64,000 nucleotides of DNA from Faecousia sp. (GTDB lineage Bacteria > Bacillota > Clostridia > Oscillospirales > Oscillospiraceae). Of the stretch, positions 49,353-59,554 are shown piece after piece. The first letter of the stretch is position 1; every line of letters begins with the position of its first letter. The notes below the pieces were generated by a model, which saw only the letters and a program-made list of their open reading frames with translations, did not search any database and was not told the origin of the DNA. A program made the translations under genes and the position numbers. The stretch lies in contig JAZNLC010000053.1 in assembly GCA_045578895.1 (NCBI GenBank), forward strand, positions 14,441 to 78,440. Reading direction: 5' to 3'.

Positions 49353-49426
49353 TTATTAACATTAGGATAAATTTATTAACAAGCTTGAATCTTGTACTTG
49401 ATAATGACGGACATATTTTGTATAAT
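49353..49426 (+). promoter_or_regulatory. Sigma-A promoter of the ABC operon with upstream direct repeats
   Basis: TTGATA(49398)-N17-TATAAT(49421); TTATTAACA at 49353 and 49373 (20-bp period). Confidence 0.65.
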
Positions 49427-49475
49427 TTCTATAAATTCAGCGACAGCTGAACAAAAAACAATAGGAGGAAACAAA

Positions 49476-51185
49476 ATGAAGAAACTCATCGCACTTCTTC
49501 TGGCTCTGGTCATGGTCGTTAGCATCGCTGCTTGCGGCAAGACTGAGCCCGATCCCACCAATGCCCCCGATACCAAGCCCACCGCTGGTAACGAGGACAC
49601 CAAGGCTCCCGAGACCACTGAGGCTCCCGAGTCCGAGACTCCCCTGAACGTTGCATGGTATTCCCCCAACGAAATCACCACCCACTTTGACAACCCCCAG
49701 TGGGATATGTCTCTGATGATCGCTTCCGAGATGATCTGGGAGCGCGCTGCTAAGTGGGACAACCAGACCGGCGAACGCATGTTCACCTTCATCAAGAGCG
49801 TTACCCCCAACGCTGACTTCACCGTTTGGACTTTTGATTTCAACGAAGGCCTGACCTGGCACGACGGCGAAGCAGTCACCCCCGCTGACTACATCTTCTC
49901 TCTGTACGCAGCTCTGCTGAACCCCTCCGTCAACATGTCCGGCGACTGGAAGAAGGTCGTTGGTTACCAGGATTGCAAGGATGGCGTCACCGAGACCATG
50001 GAAGGTGTCGTATTCGATGAGGCTGCCGGCACTGTTACCGTCACCCTGACCGCTTCCTACTGGAACATGGAAACCGCTATCTGCGATGTCGTCATGCTGC
50101 CCGCTCACTGCTTCGAGGGCGTTGCTTACGCTGAGATGGACACTTCCGATTACTTCAAGAAGCCCATCGGCTTCGGCCCCTACATGATCGACAAGGTTCA
50201 GATGCCCGACTACTTCACCCTGGTCCGTTACGACGGCTACTACGGTGCACCTGCTGGCATCAAGAACGTCAACGTTATCAACTACAATAACAATGCTGAC
50301 GCAATGGTCACTGCTCTGATGAACAAGGATCTGGATCTGGTCAACCGTACCGCCATCGCTGATGCTCAGGTTTGTGATTCCATCGTCGCTATGAACCCTG
50401 ATGTTGTTACCACTGCTAATGCTGGCCACGCTCAGCGTTGCTGGTTCTTCAACCTGGGCGAGCGTGCTGATGGCAAGATGAAGGCTGACCTACAGAAGAA
50501 GGAAGTCCGTCAGGCTTTCGATATCCTGATGGATCAGAACGCTATCGCTGAACTGGTCGGCGCTGCTCCCACCGGCACCCTCGTTAAGGCTTCCGCTCCC
50601 GGCTACTGCCCCGAGTATGACCGTCCTTACGATGTCGCTGCAGCTAAGGCTCTGCTGGATGCTGCTGGCTTCGACTACACTCAGACCTACGACTTTGCTT
50701 ACTACTACAACGAGCAGCTGGTTCACGACGCTTATGCTCTGATCGTTCAGCTGTTCGGCGCTGCCGGCGTTAAGGTCAACCCCATCCTGCTGCAGGGCGA
50801 CACGACTACACTGATTTACACCGACTGCAACTACGATTTAATAATGGTGCTGACCGGCGGTAGCGACGTGAATCCCGCTGGCGGCTACAAGCAGCTGATG
50901 TCCACCACCGGCTACACCTTCATGGGCATCCATGAGGAGCGCGGTGTTACTGGCGGTTGGGATGCTCTGTACAACAAGTACTCTGCTGAGCCCGACTTCA
51001 ACAAGCGTGTAGAGATCGCTAAGGAAATGCAGGCCAAGAACTTCGACGAGTGCTACATGCTCTCCGGTTATGCTACTGCCCTGTACGCCGGTTGGGACGC
51101 TTCCCATGTTTACATCCCCGACAACACTGCTTTCACCTACGGTGGCTCCAACTACCACTTCGACGAGTGGAAGATGCTGGTTTAA
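49476..51185 (+). CDS. ABC transporter substrate-binding lipoprotein, family 5 (OppA/DppA type)
   Basis: Lipobox IAAC, Pro/Thr/Glu linker, TWHDGEAVT..D, PIGFGPY; strong C-ending codon bias suggests high expression. Confidence 0.92.
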   Translation: MKKLIALLLALVMVVSIAACGKTEPDPTNAPDTKPTAGNEDTKAPETTEAPESETPLNVAWYSPNEITTHFDNPQWDMSLMIASEMIWERAAKWDNQTGERMFTFIKSVTPNADFTVWTFDFNEGLTWHDGEAVTPADYIFSLYAALLNPSVNMSGDWKKVVGYQDCKDGVTETMEGVVFDEAAGTVTVTLTASYWNMETAICDVVMLPAHCFEGVAYAEMDTSDYFKKPIGFGPYMIDKVQMPDYFTLVRYDGYYGAPAGIKNVNVINYNNNADAMVTALMNKDLDLVNRTAIADAQVCDSIVAMNPDVVTTANAGHAQRCWFFNLGERADGKMKADLQKKEVRQAFDILMDQNAIAELVGAAPTGTLVKASAPGYCPEYDRPYDVAAAKALLDAAGFDYTQTYDFAYYYNEQLVHDAYALIVQLFGAAGVKVNPILLQGDTTTLIYTDCNYDLIMVLTGGSDVNPAGGYKQLMSTTGYTFMGIHEERGVTGGWDALYNKYSAEPDFNKRVEIAKEMQAKNFDECYMLSGYATALYAGWDASHVYIPDNTAFTYGGSNYHFDEWKMLV

Positions 51186-51221
51186 TCCGGTATCCCTACT
51201 GGTTAAAGTCTAATTAAATGG

Positions 51222-51256
51222 TGGGCTGCAGCATTGCCTGCTGCAGCCCATTTTTT
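51222..51256 (+). terminator. Terminator/stabilising hairpin after the SBP gene
   Basis: TGGGCTGCAGCA..TGCTGCAGCCCA-TTTTTT. Confidence 0.8.
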
Positions 51257-51275
51257 AAGAACGCTGAAATAGTCA

Positions 51276-51417
51276 GCCTTCGCGCCTCCTGCAGAGCAGA
51301 CAGTTGCTCCGGTTGTAGCTGTTAGCTTTATAACCATGGTGAGAGGAATCTCATCTTTTTCCATTGTCTGCTGTGCAGGCTGCACGAAGGCAACTCCGCT
51401 TTTGTGTAGCTAACAGC
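51276..51417 (+). ncRNA. Candidate structured RNA (three-way junction with GNRA hairpin and possible pseudoknot)
   Basis: Hand-identified pairings: 51276-51304 with 51363-51391; 51311-17 with 51329-35; 51338-44 with 51349-55 around GGAA; loop 51318-27 complementary to 51408-17. Confidence 0.45.
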
Positions 51418-51465
51418 GCTCTGTTTCATTCGATTATCCACAAAACATAGAAGGGGGTCTACAAA

Positions 51466-52431
51466 TTGCTTAAATATACCTTGCGCAAATTGCTGGCTTT
51501 GATCCCGAAGCTGCTGGTTATTACCCTTGTTTGCTTTATGATGATGGAGCTTCTACCCGGCGACCCGCTGTCCCGTACGATGGATCCTGAAAAATACCAT
51601 GAGCTTTCTGAGGCTCAAAAGTATGAAGCGCGTGAATTGCTGGGTCTGAACGATCCTGCGCCCATTCGTTATTTCAGTTGGCTTTTTGGTGTTCTCAAGG
51701 GCGATTTGGGTTATTCCACACAGAGTGGTCTGCCTATCGCCGATATGTTGAAGGACCGTTTGCCCTTTACGATGGAACTGAACCTGTACGCACTGATTAT
51801 TTCTACGATCATTGGCATCATTTTCGGCTTCCTGACTGCAGTTTTTAAGAATACAATCATTGATTACACCATCGGTACTGCTTCCATTTTGGGTATTTCT
51901 TTGCCCGAATTCTTCTTTGGTTTGATCTTTGTGGTTATTTTCTCTCTAAAGATGGAGTGGTTCCCTTCCGGCGGCCGTGTTCCTCCCAGAGTGGAAGACC
52001 CCACTCTCTGGCAGCGTGTACCCTATATGGTTCTTCCTGTTGCTACTATGGCTGTTGCCATGGTCGCAGGTCTACAGCGCTATACTAGAACCACAATGCT
52101 TGACGTTTTAGGAAAAGACTACATCAAGACTGCTCGCAGTAAAGGTTTGAATGAGATCTCTGTTAATGTTAAGCACGGTCTTCGTAACGCGATGACTCCT
52201 GTTATGACCTTGCTGGTTATGCGTATTCCTCGTTTGGTCGGCGGTTCCATCGTTATCGAGCAGGTGTTTAGCTACATGGGTATTGGTCAGATGATGCTGA
52301 ACGCATCCACTGCAGGTGACACTCCCTTGTCCTTGATCAGTACCTGCATGACCGGTGCCATGACTTTGTTGGCAAGTACACTGGTGGATATCTTTGCTGC
52401 ATTGCTGGATCCCCGTGTCCGCTTTGACTAA
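51466..52431 (+). CDS. ABC permease (OppB/DppB type)
   Basis: LPGDP, GDLGYS, DYIKTARSKGL, IEQVF, LDPR. Confidence 0.95.
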   Translation: MLKYTLRKLLALIPKLLVITLVCFMMMELLPGDPLSRTMDPEKYHELSEAQKYEARELLGLNDPAPIRYFSWLFGVLKGDLGYSTQSGLPIADMLKDRLPFTMELNLYALIISTIIGIIFGFLTAVFKNTIIDYTIGTASILGISLPEFFFGLIFVVIFSLKMEWFPSGGRVPPRVEDPTLWQRVPYMVLPVATMAVAMVAGLQRYTRTTMLDVLGKDYIKTARSKGLNEISVNVKHGLRNAMTPVMTLLVMRIPRLVGGSIVIEQVFSYMGIGQMMLNASTAGDTPLSLISTCMTGAMTLLASTLVDIFAALLDPRVRFD

Positions 52432-52446
52432 GAGGAGGTGCTACAT

Positions 52447-53322
52447 ATGGCTGTGAATACTAAGAAAAAAGTTGTAAAGTCCTCTTTGACAAAGAGAAGT
52501 ATTCAAAAATTTATGAAGAACCGTTTGGCCATTGTTGGCCTGATTGGTCTTATTGTTGTTGTTGGTATGTGCGTTTGCGCGCCCCTGCTGACAAAGTATC
52601 CTCCCGATACGCTTGATATGACCATGCGTAACCTGCCTTGGTCCAAGGAGCATCCCTTCGGTACTGATCGCGGCGGCCGTGACATGTTTGCCCGCCTGCT
52701 GTACGGTGGTCGCTGGTCTTTGATGCTGGGCTTCTCTGCCTCTTTAGGTGTTAACTTGCTGGCTGCTATTTTGGGCTGTGTTGCCGGCTACTTTGGCGGC
52801 AAGATCGACCGTTTTTTGGTTACCCTTCAAGAGTTCATGGCTCTGTTCCCCACAACTTTGTTGTTCATTTTGGTCTCTGGTATCGTCGGCCGAAGCCTCG
52901 GCTTTGTGTTGTTGGTTTGGATTTTGACTGGTTGGGGCGGTACCATGCGAATCGTTCGAAGCAAGATTTTGTCCTTGAAGCAGGAACCCTTTATTGAGAG
53001 TTGTCGTGCAAACGGTATCAGCAACTTGTCCATTATGTTCCATCATATGGTTCCTAACACTTTGGGACCCATCATTCTGAATGTTACTATGAACATCGGT
53101 GGTTACATCCTGTCTGAGGCTGGTCTTAGCTACCTGGGTATCGGTCTTCCTGTCCATATTGCTACTTGGGGCAAAATTCTGAATGATGCTAAGCGTGTTG
53201 ATATTCTGCTGCTGCAGCCTGACCTTTGGATGCTCCCCGGTGCATGTATTCTGATTGTCACTCTGTGCATCAACTTCTTTGGTGACGGCCTGCGCGATGC
53301 GCTGGACTCCACCACTAGATAA
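52447..53322 (+). CDS. ABC permease (OppC/DppC type)
   Basis: [27 protein letters not shown]. Confidence 0.95.
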   Translation: MAVNTKKKVVKSSLTKRSIQKFMKNRLAIVGLIGLIVVVGMCVCAPLLTKYPPDTLDMTMRNLPWSKEHPFGTDRGGRDMFARLLYGGRWSLMLGFSASLGVNLLAAILGCVAGYFGGKIDRFLVTLQEFMALFPTTLLFILVSGIVGRSLGFVLLVWILTGWGGTMRIVRSKILSLKQEPFIESCRANGISNLSIMFHHMVPNTLGPIILNVTMNIGGYILSEAGLSYLGIGLPVHIATWGKILNDAKRVDILLLQPDLWMLPGACILIVTLCINFFGDGLRDALDSTTR

Positions 53323-53328
53323 GGAGGC

Positions 53329-54351
53329 ATGAAGATGGCTGAAAGAGATTATATTCTGAAAATTAATGATCTGAAAACCGAGTTTAAAGTCGGTAAGCGT
53401 GTTGTTCATGCAGTTAACGGTGTTTCCTTCAATGTGGAGCGCAACAAGACTCTGTGTGTCGTCGGTGAGTCCGGTTGCGGTAAGAGCCAAACCGCACACT
53501 CCATTCTGCAGCTGTTGGCTGTGAATGGCTATATTGCCGGTGGCACTATTGAGTATTTTAAGAATTCCGGTGACGAAGCACAGGTTCTGAATAAGTACTC
53601 CCGTAACGGCAGAAAGATCCGTCACATTCGCGGTAAGGAGATCTCTATGATCTTCCAGGATCCTATGTCCACTTTGAACCCTGTTTACACTGTTGGTAAC
53701 CAGGTTATGGAAATGCTGCTCCAGCATGAAAAAATTTCCAAGAAGGCAGCAAAGGCTCGTGTCATCAAGATGATGGCTGACTTGGGTATTCCCACCCCCG
53801 AAATTCGTTTTGACCAGTATCCACACGAATTCTCCGGTGGTATGAAGCAGCGTATGATGATTGCAATCGCTATGATCTGTAATCCTAACATCCTGATCGC
53901 TGACGAACCCACCACTGCGTTGGACGTTACCATCCAGGCTCAGATTCTGGATCTGATTCGCAAGATGCAGAAGGAGCACGGTACTTCCGTTATCTTCATT
54001 ACCCATAACATGGGCGTTGTTGCTGAAATTGCTGACGACGTTGCTGTTATGTACATGGGCCGTATTGTAGAGCATGGTACTGCTGAGCAGGTCTTTAATA
54101 ATCCTCAGCATCCCTATACTAAGGCTCTGATGAAGAGTGTTCCCGTTTTGGGTATGGATCGCAGCATTGAGCTGGCTACCATCGAAGGCACAACACCTGA
54201 CGCTTCCACTGTATTTACCGGCTGTGAGTTTGCCGAGCGTTGCCCCAACGCAACCGAGGCTTGCTTCAACCGTTTCCCCGTAGATACTTACATCGAAGAA
54301 GGCCACCGTGTACGCTGCCTGCTGTTTGAGGAGGGTGAGAATAATGGCTGA
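53329..54351 (+). CDS. ABC ATPase (OppD/DppD type)
   Basis: [26 protein letters not shown] and Cys-rich C-terminus. Confidence 0.95.
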   Translation: MKMAERDYILKINDLKTEFKVGKRVVHAVNGVSFNVERNKTLCVVGESGCGKSQTAHSILQLLAVNGYIAGGTIEYFKNSGDEAQVLNKYSRNGRKIRHIRGKEISMIFQDPMSTLNPVYTVGNQVMEMLLQHEKISKKAAKARVIKMMADLGIPTPEIRFDQYPHEFSGGMKQRMMIAIAMICNPNILIADEPTTALDVTIQAQILDLIRKMQKEHGTSVIFITHNMGVVAEIADDVAVMYMGRIVEHGTAEQVFNNPQHPYTKALMKSVPVLGMDRSIELATIEGTTPDASTVFTGCEFAERCPNATEACFNRFPVDTYIEEGHRVRCLLFEEGENNG

Positions 54352-55333
54352 TAAAAATACTTTGTTGGTCTGTGAAAATGTCACCATGGAATTCCGCAGC
54401 CCCCGCCGTTTCCTGGAAAAGCAGAAGCCTAGTGTTAAGGCTGTCAACGATGTTTCCTTTGAAGTCAAGGAAGGCGAAACTTTTGGTTTGGTTGGTGAGT
54501 CTGGCTGCGGCAAAACTACCCTTGGTAAGTGTATTGTTCGCCTACTGAATCCTACTGCCGGTAAGATTTTCTATAATGATAACGGCGAGATGAAGGATCT
54601 GCTTCATCTCGATAAGAAGGAAAGCAAGGCGATGCGCCGCAAGATTCAGATCGTTTTCCAGGATCCCTATGCTTCTTTGAATCCTCAGCACACCATTTTG
54701 GAAGCATTTGACGAGCCCATGCGTGTACATGGTGTCGGTGGTAACAAGGAACAGCGCAAGGAGCTGATCGCAAAGGCTTTGGAGCGCGTGAATTTGCAGC
54801 CCGACTACATGTACCGTTATCCCCATGAGTTCTCCGGCGGCCAGCGTCAGAGAATCTGTGTGGCAAAGGCACTGGTTTTGGAGCCGAAGCTGATCGTTTG
54901 TGATGAGCCCGTATCTGCATTGGATGTCTCCATTCAGGCTCAGCTGCTGAACCTGATGAACAAGCTGCAGGCTGACCTGGGTGTTACTTTCATCTTCATT
55001 GCCCACGACCTGTCTGTTGTTCAGTACATGTCCGACCGTATTGGCGTTATGTACCTTGGCAACATGGTTGAGTTGGCCGATGCCGATGAACTGTACAACA
55101 ACAACATGCATCCTTACACTGAGGCTCTGCTGAGTGCAGTACCTGTTCCCGTAATTAACGGCAAGAAGGATCGTATTATTCTGGAAGGTGATGTGCCTTC
55201 TCCCATGAATCCTCCTACCGGCTGCCCCTTCCATCCCCGCTGCACCAAGTGCATGGAGATCTGCAAGCAGGAGAAGCCGCAGCTTGAGGAAAAGCGCGAC
55301 GGGCACTTTGTTGCTTGCCACCTCTATAAATAA
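54344..55333 (+). CDS. ABC ATPase (OppF/DppF type)
   Basis: [32 protein letters not shown]. Confidence 0.95.
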   Translation: MADKNTLLVCENVTMEFRSPRRFLEKQKPSVKAVNDVSFEVKEGETFGLVGESGCGKTTLGKCIVRLLNPTAGKIFYNDNGEMKDLLHLDKKESKAMRRKIQIVFQDPYASLNPQHTILEAFDEPMRVHGVGGNKEQRKELIAKALERVNLQPDYMYRYPHEFSGGQRQRICVAKALVLEPKLIVCDEPVSALDVSIQAQLLNLMNKLQADLGVTFIFIAHDLSVVQYMSDRIGVMYLGNMVELADADELYNNNMHPYTEALLSAVPVPVINGKKDRIILEGDVPSPMNPPTGCPFHPRCTKCMEICKQEKPQLEEKRDGHFVACHLYK

Positions 55334-55478
55334 CAAGTAATTTAACACCTGCTGAGGAACCCGGAGTTCCTGTTTTAGAGAGTCATTACGTATCTTTGAT
55401 ACACTTTTCGTTTCCAACATGTTAACAGGGAAGTGGAGAATGACTGCGGACTCCAACAATCACGGGTAATGGTTGTTG

Positions 55479-55510
55479 GCTGCGGCAAACTCTCGTTTGC
55501 CGCAGCTTTT
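55479..55510 (+). terminator. Terminator hairpin after the ABC genes
   Basis: GCTGCGGCAAAC-TCTC-GTTTGCCGCAGC-TTTT. Confidence 0.8.
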
Positions 55511-55566
55511 CAATGTAAACTAATGTTCATCTGAACATATAAATTATTATTTAGGAGTGTATTATT

Positions 55567-56448
55567 ATGACTGGTTTTGTTCCTGCTTTGGGTACCCCCC
55601 TGGATCAGAATGGCAATCTTTGTGTTGAAAGCTTCAAGAAGCAGATTGACGATCAGATCAATGCTGGTGCTGCAGGCATTTTGGCTATGGGCTCTATGGG
55701 CATTCAGCCCTACCTGAAGACCTCCGTTTATCCTGAGGTTGCTAAGGCTGCTGTTGAAGCTGCTGCAGGCCGTGTACCCGTATTTGTTGGCGCAATGGAC
55801 ACCTCCATTGCCCGCGCAAAAGATCGTATGGCAGCTATGGAAGACCTGGATATTGCAGGCTTTGTTTTCACCACACCTTACTACTACGGTTGTACTCCCG
55901 CTCAGATCATCAACTACTACAAGGGTGTTGCTGCTGCTACCAAGAAGCCCATCCTGATGTACGACCTGGCTGTGGTTACTCAGTCCAAGATTACCTATGA
56001 CATCGTTCTGCAGCTGATCAAGGAGATCCCCAATTTGGCCGGTATTAAGTCTGCCGACACCGTTATGTTCCGCAAGCTGAAGTTGAACCCCGATGTCCCC
56101 AAGAACTTCATTATGGTTTACTCCGGCCTGGATTCCTTCGACGTTGCCTACAAGTGGGGCATCGACGCTTGCTTGGACGGCATGCTGTCCTGCACTCCTT
56201 ACAACACCGGTAAGCTGTTTGAAGTAATGGCAGCCGGCGATTGGGAAGCTGCTGCAAAGCATCTGGATAACATCACCAACCTGCGTGACTTCTTTGTCGC
56301 CCACGATCTGTGGCCTTCCTTTAGCACCGCTATGAACCTGCTTGGCTACGAAGGTAACTTCTGCCCCGATTACGTCAATCCCATCAATCCCGCTTATGTA
56401 GAACTGATCAAGAACGAACTGGTCAAGATCGGCGAGCCTGTTGTGTAA
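55567..56448 (+). CDS. DHDPS/N-acetylneuraminate lyase family class I aldolase
   Basis: TP, GSMG (variant of GSTG), TPYY, catalytic Tyr (LMYDL), Schiff-base Lys (GIKS). Confidence 0.9.
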   Translation: MTGFVPALGTPLDQNGNLCVESFKKQIDDQINAGAAGILAMGSMGIQPYLKTSVYPEVAKAAVEAAAGRVPVFVGAMDTSIARAKDRMAAMEDLDIAGFVFTTPYYYGCTPAQIINYYKGVAAATKKPILMYDLAVVTQSKITYDIVLQLIKEIPNLAGIKSADTVMFRKLKLNPDVPKNFIMVYSGLDSFDVAYKWGIDACLDGMLSCTPYNTGKLFEVMAAGDWEAAAKHLDNITNLRDFFVAHDLWPSFSTAMNLLGYEGNFCPDYVNPINPAYVELIKNELVKIGEPVV

Positions 56449-56466
56449 TAGGGAAGAGGTATTGTC

Positions 56467-56928
56467 ATGATTTATGATTCTTTAAAGAATGCTGCCCAGT
56501 ACAAGGGCCTGCATGCCGGTATTGATCAGATTTTGGAGGCGGCTAAGGCATATACTGCTGAGAATTATCCCGAAAAGACCCGCGTTGTTCTTGACGGTGA
56601 CAATGTTTTCATGAACATGGCTGCTTATGAGACTCACTCTACGGAGAAGGCAGTGTTTGAGGCACATCAGCAGTATGCGGACGTCATGATTATGATCGAC
56701 GGCGTTGAGACTATCTATGTCAAGCCTACTGACAGACTGAGCCATGTTTATCAGGAATATAAGCCTGAGGTTGAGGCTCTTTTGGCTGATTTTGACTCCG
56801 ACGCAACACCTGTTCGCCTGGAGGCAGGCTGCTTTGTAGTCCTGCTGCCCCAGGATGCCCACTCTCCCGGATGCCATGCTGATGGCCCCGTGAATGTAAA
56901 GAAAATTATTGGTAAAGTTCGTCTGTAA
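56467..56928 (+). CDS. YhcH/YjgK/YiaL (NanQ-like) family protein
   Basis: MIYD, FEAHQQYAD, G.E.I, PQDAH.P, KKII.KV. Confidence 0.9.
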   Translation: MIYDSLKNAAQYKGLHAGIDQILEAAKAYTAENYPEKTRVVLDGDNVFMNMAAYETHSTEKAVFEAHQQYADVMIMIDGVETIYVKPTDRLSHVYQEYKPEVEALLADFDSDATPVRLEAGCFVVLLPQDAHSPGCHADGPVNVKKIIGKVRL

Positions 56929-56937
56929 GGAGATTAT

Positions 56938-58392
56938 ATGGCCATTTATCTGGCAATCGACTTAGGAACAACCGGCTGCCGCAGCATTTTGTTTGACCAA
57001 TCGCTGCGGCAGTTGGCTGTTGCCTATGAAGAATACGGGCTGATAACGCCCAAGGAAAAATGGACTGAGCAGGACGCGGAGCTTTGGTGGGATTTGACCA
57101 AGAAAACAGCATTGGAAGCAATTCAAATCGCCGGCATCTCCGGTAAGGAAATCCACGGTATTTCTATCAGTTCCCAGGGTATCACTGTTGTGCCTGTTGA
57201 TGAAGACTTGAACCCTCTTTGCAATGCTTTGAGCTGGCTTGACATTCGTGCAGAGAAGCAAACCGAACAGATCATTTCTGATTTTGGATTTGATCCCATG
57301 TTTGTACATACCGGTAAGCCTGTAGACCCTTGCTACACGCTGCCAAAATTGCTTTGGCTTCAACAGGAGCGTCCTGACATCTTTGACCGCGCGTGGAAGT
57401 TTTTGATGCCGATGGATTATTTGATCGCAAAGCTGACAGGCGTTTGCGTAACAGATCATTCTATGGCATCCGGCACATTATTCTATGATATCAAGAATCT
57501 GTGCTGGAGTGAAAAGATTTTGATGCATTACGGTATTCCTGCCGAGAAACTTCCGGATCTCCGTTGGAGCGGTGAATCTGCAGGTTATGTTTTGCCTGAT
57601 GTCGCTGCTGAGCTGGGCCTGTGCGATCACTGCGTTGTTGCTGTTGGTGCGCAAGATCAAAAATGTGCCGCTTTAGGTGTTGGTCTTGATGACAGTACGA
57701 TGACGGTCTCTCTTGGTACCGCGGCTGCAATTGAAAAGCGTTGGAATGAAGCAAAGACAGAACTCAATAACGGTGTTGGTTGGTGCGGCTATGCAGTTCC
57801 CGGTACATGGGTAACAGAAGGTGTAATTAATACCGCGGGAACATGCTTACGCTGGATCAGAGATATGCTGTTCCCCGGCGAGGGCTATGATATTATTAAT
57901 CAAGAGGCGCTCGCTGCTCGTGAGCGGGGCAGTTCTGTTATGTTCTACCCTTATTTGAGCGGTCCTTCTTGTCCTGACTTCTATCCGGAATCCCAAGGCT
58001 GCTTCTATGGAGTCAATCTTGCAACTAAACGCGGAGATTTTGCGCTAGCTGTTATGGAGGGAATTGCGTTCCAGATTCGCATTCTTTTGGAGGCGATGGA
58101 AGCATATGGTACCATAAATACGCTAAGCCTGTTTGGAGGCGGTGCTAACAGTGATCTGTGGTGCCAAATTATCGCAGATGCGACAGGCATGCGTATTCAA
58201 ATTCCTGAAACAACAGAAGCTGCAGCAGCTGGTGCAGCACGACTTGCTGCAATGGCCTGTGATGATCCGTTGCCTGCTTTGAAATTTATAAAGACCTATG
58301 ACCCTTCTGCATTGAAGTATTCTTATGATGAAAAGTACAGAAGATTCAGAACTATCGAGAAACGCATGTGGGAAACGGGGGCATCAAAATGA
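56938..58392 (+). CDS. FGGY-family carbohydrate kinase
   Basis: IDLGTTG, EQD, WLD.RA, DQ, SLGT, PYLSG, GGGA.S.LWCQI.AD. Confidence 0.93.
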   Translation: MAIYLAIDLGTTGCRSILFDQSLRQLAVAYEEYGLITPKEKWTEQDAELWWDLTKKTALEAIQIAGISGKEIHGISISSQGITVVPVDEDLNPLCNALSWLDIRAEKQTEQIISDFGFDPMFVHTGKPVDPCYTLPKLLWLQQERPDIFDRAWKFLMPMDYLIAKLTGVCVTDHSMASGTLFYDIKNLCWSEKILMHYGIPAEKLPDLRWSGESAGYVLPDVAAELGLCDHCVVAVGAQDQKCAALGVGLDDSTMTVSLGTAAAIEKRWNEAKTELNNGVGWCGYAVPGTWVTEGVINTAGTCLRWIRDMLFPGEGYDIINQEALAARERGSSVMFYPYLSGPSCPDFYPESQGCFYGVNLATKRGDFALAVMEGIAFQIRILLEAMEAYGTINTLSLFGGGANSDLWCQIIADATGMRIQIPETTEAAAAGAARLAAMACDDPLPALKFIKTYDPSALKYSYDEKYRRFRTIEKRMWETGASK

Positions 58393-59534
58393 TTGCAATC
58401 AAGAATGCAAAAGTTGTTTTGGAGCATGGTATCCTTTTTGACGGTGTAATCTTGATCGAGGGTGACAGAATTGTTGATGTCGCTCATGCTTCTGAGATTG
58501 CTGTTCCTGCAGATGCGACTTGCTTTGATGCTGCAGGTGCTTATGTTGGTCCTGGATTTGTGGATATCCATGTCCATGGTGGAAACGGCCACTTCTTCTA
58601 TTCTGAGCCCGAAGAAGCTGCTCAGCATTTCCTTAATCACGGTGAAACCACCGTTTTGGCTACATTGTATTATGATGTAAGTAGAGATACTTTTTTGGAA
58701 TCCATACATCGTGTCAAAAAAGCAATGCAGAATGGTAATGCTGCAAAAGCAATTGCCGGTTTCTATATGGAAGGCCCGTATATGAATCCGAAGTATGGCG
58801 CTTCTCCCGAGAAGAATAAGTGGCGTGGTCCTATTCTCCAGGAAGATTATCAGCAGATTTTGGACGATGCAGGGGAATACGCTAAGATTTGGGCTATAGC
58901 TCCCGAAAGGGAAGGCATTGAACCTTTTGTAAAGGATGCCAAGCAGGCAAATCCCAATACTGTATTCAGTGTTGGTCACAGTGAGGCAAGTCCTGCCCAG
59001 ATCCGGCATTTAAAAAAGTACGGGCTGCGATTGCAGACACACTGCATGAATGCAACAGGTCGTTTGGATAAATATGTTGGTGTTAGAAGCTGCGGCCCTG
59101 ATGAAGCTTGCATGGCAGATAGTGACATGTATGCAGAGGTCATCTGTGATTCTTGTGGAATTCATGTTCAGCCCGATATGCTGCGAATGATTTACGAGAT
59201 AAAGGGAGCTGACCGGATGATCCTGATATCTGACAGCTTCGTCAGTTATGAGGATTCTCCTGAGAACCTCCGGCACATTACTGACCTTGTTTTCGATGCC
59301 AACGGCTTGCTTAGTGGCAGTAAGCTGACGATGGATATTGCTTGCCGGAACTTAATGCAGCACACCAGCTGCGGTATTTGCCAGGCGTTTTTGATGGCGT
59401 CTAGAAATCCTGCACGGGTAATTGGCATGGATGATGAGATAGGCACAATTGAACCCGGCAAAAAAGCAAATCTTGTTTTTGTTGACGATATGTTTAATGT
59501 TAAAAATGTTATGTTGAAAGGCAACTTTCAATAA
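58389..59534 (+). CDS. NagA-like N-acetylhexosamine(-phosphate) deacetylase
   Basis: PGFVDIHVHG, EGPY, APE, GHS, TH.MNA, D..GIHV, LISD, NPA, GKKANLV. Confidence 0.85.
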   Translation: MIAIKNAKVVLEHGILFDGVILIEGDRIVDVAHASEIAVPADATCFDAAGAYVGPGFVDIHVHGGNGHFFYSEPEEAAQHFLNHGETTVLATLYYDVSRDTFLESIHRVKKAMQNGNAAKAIAGFYMEGPYMNPKYGASPEKNKWRGPILQEDYQQILDDAGEYAKIWAIAPEREGIEPFVKDAKQANPNTVFSVGHSEASPAQIRHLKKYGLRLQTHCMNATGRLDKYVGVRSCGPDEACMADSDMYAEVICDSCGIHVQPDMLRMIYEIKGADRMILISDSFVSYEDSPENLRHITDLVFDANGLLSGSKLTMDIACRNLMQHTSCGICQAFLMASRNPARVIGMDDEIGTIEPGKKANLVFVDDMFNVKNVMLKGNFQ

Positions 59535-59554
59535 GGCATGAAAGGAGATATATT

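Noticed and set aside
55567-59534. Calling the cluster canonical nanA/nanK/nagA or dapA
   Set aside because: The aldolase motif is GSMG, the kinase is FGGY rather than ROK and nanE is absent, so gene symbols were withheld.
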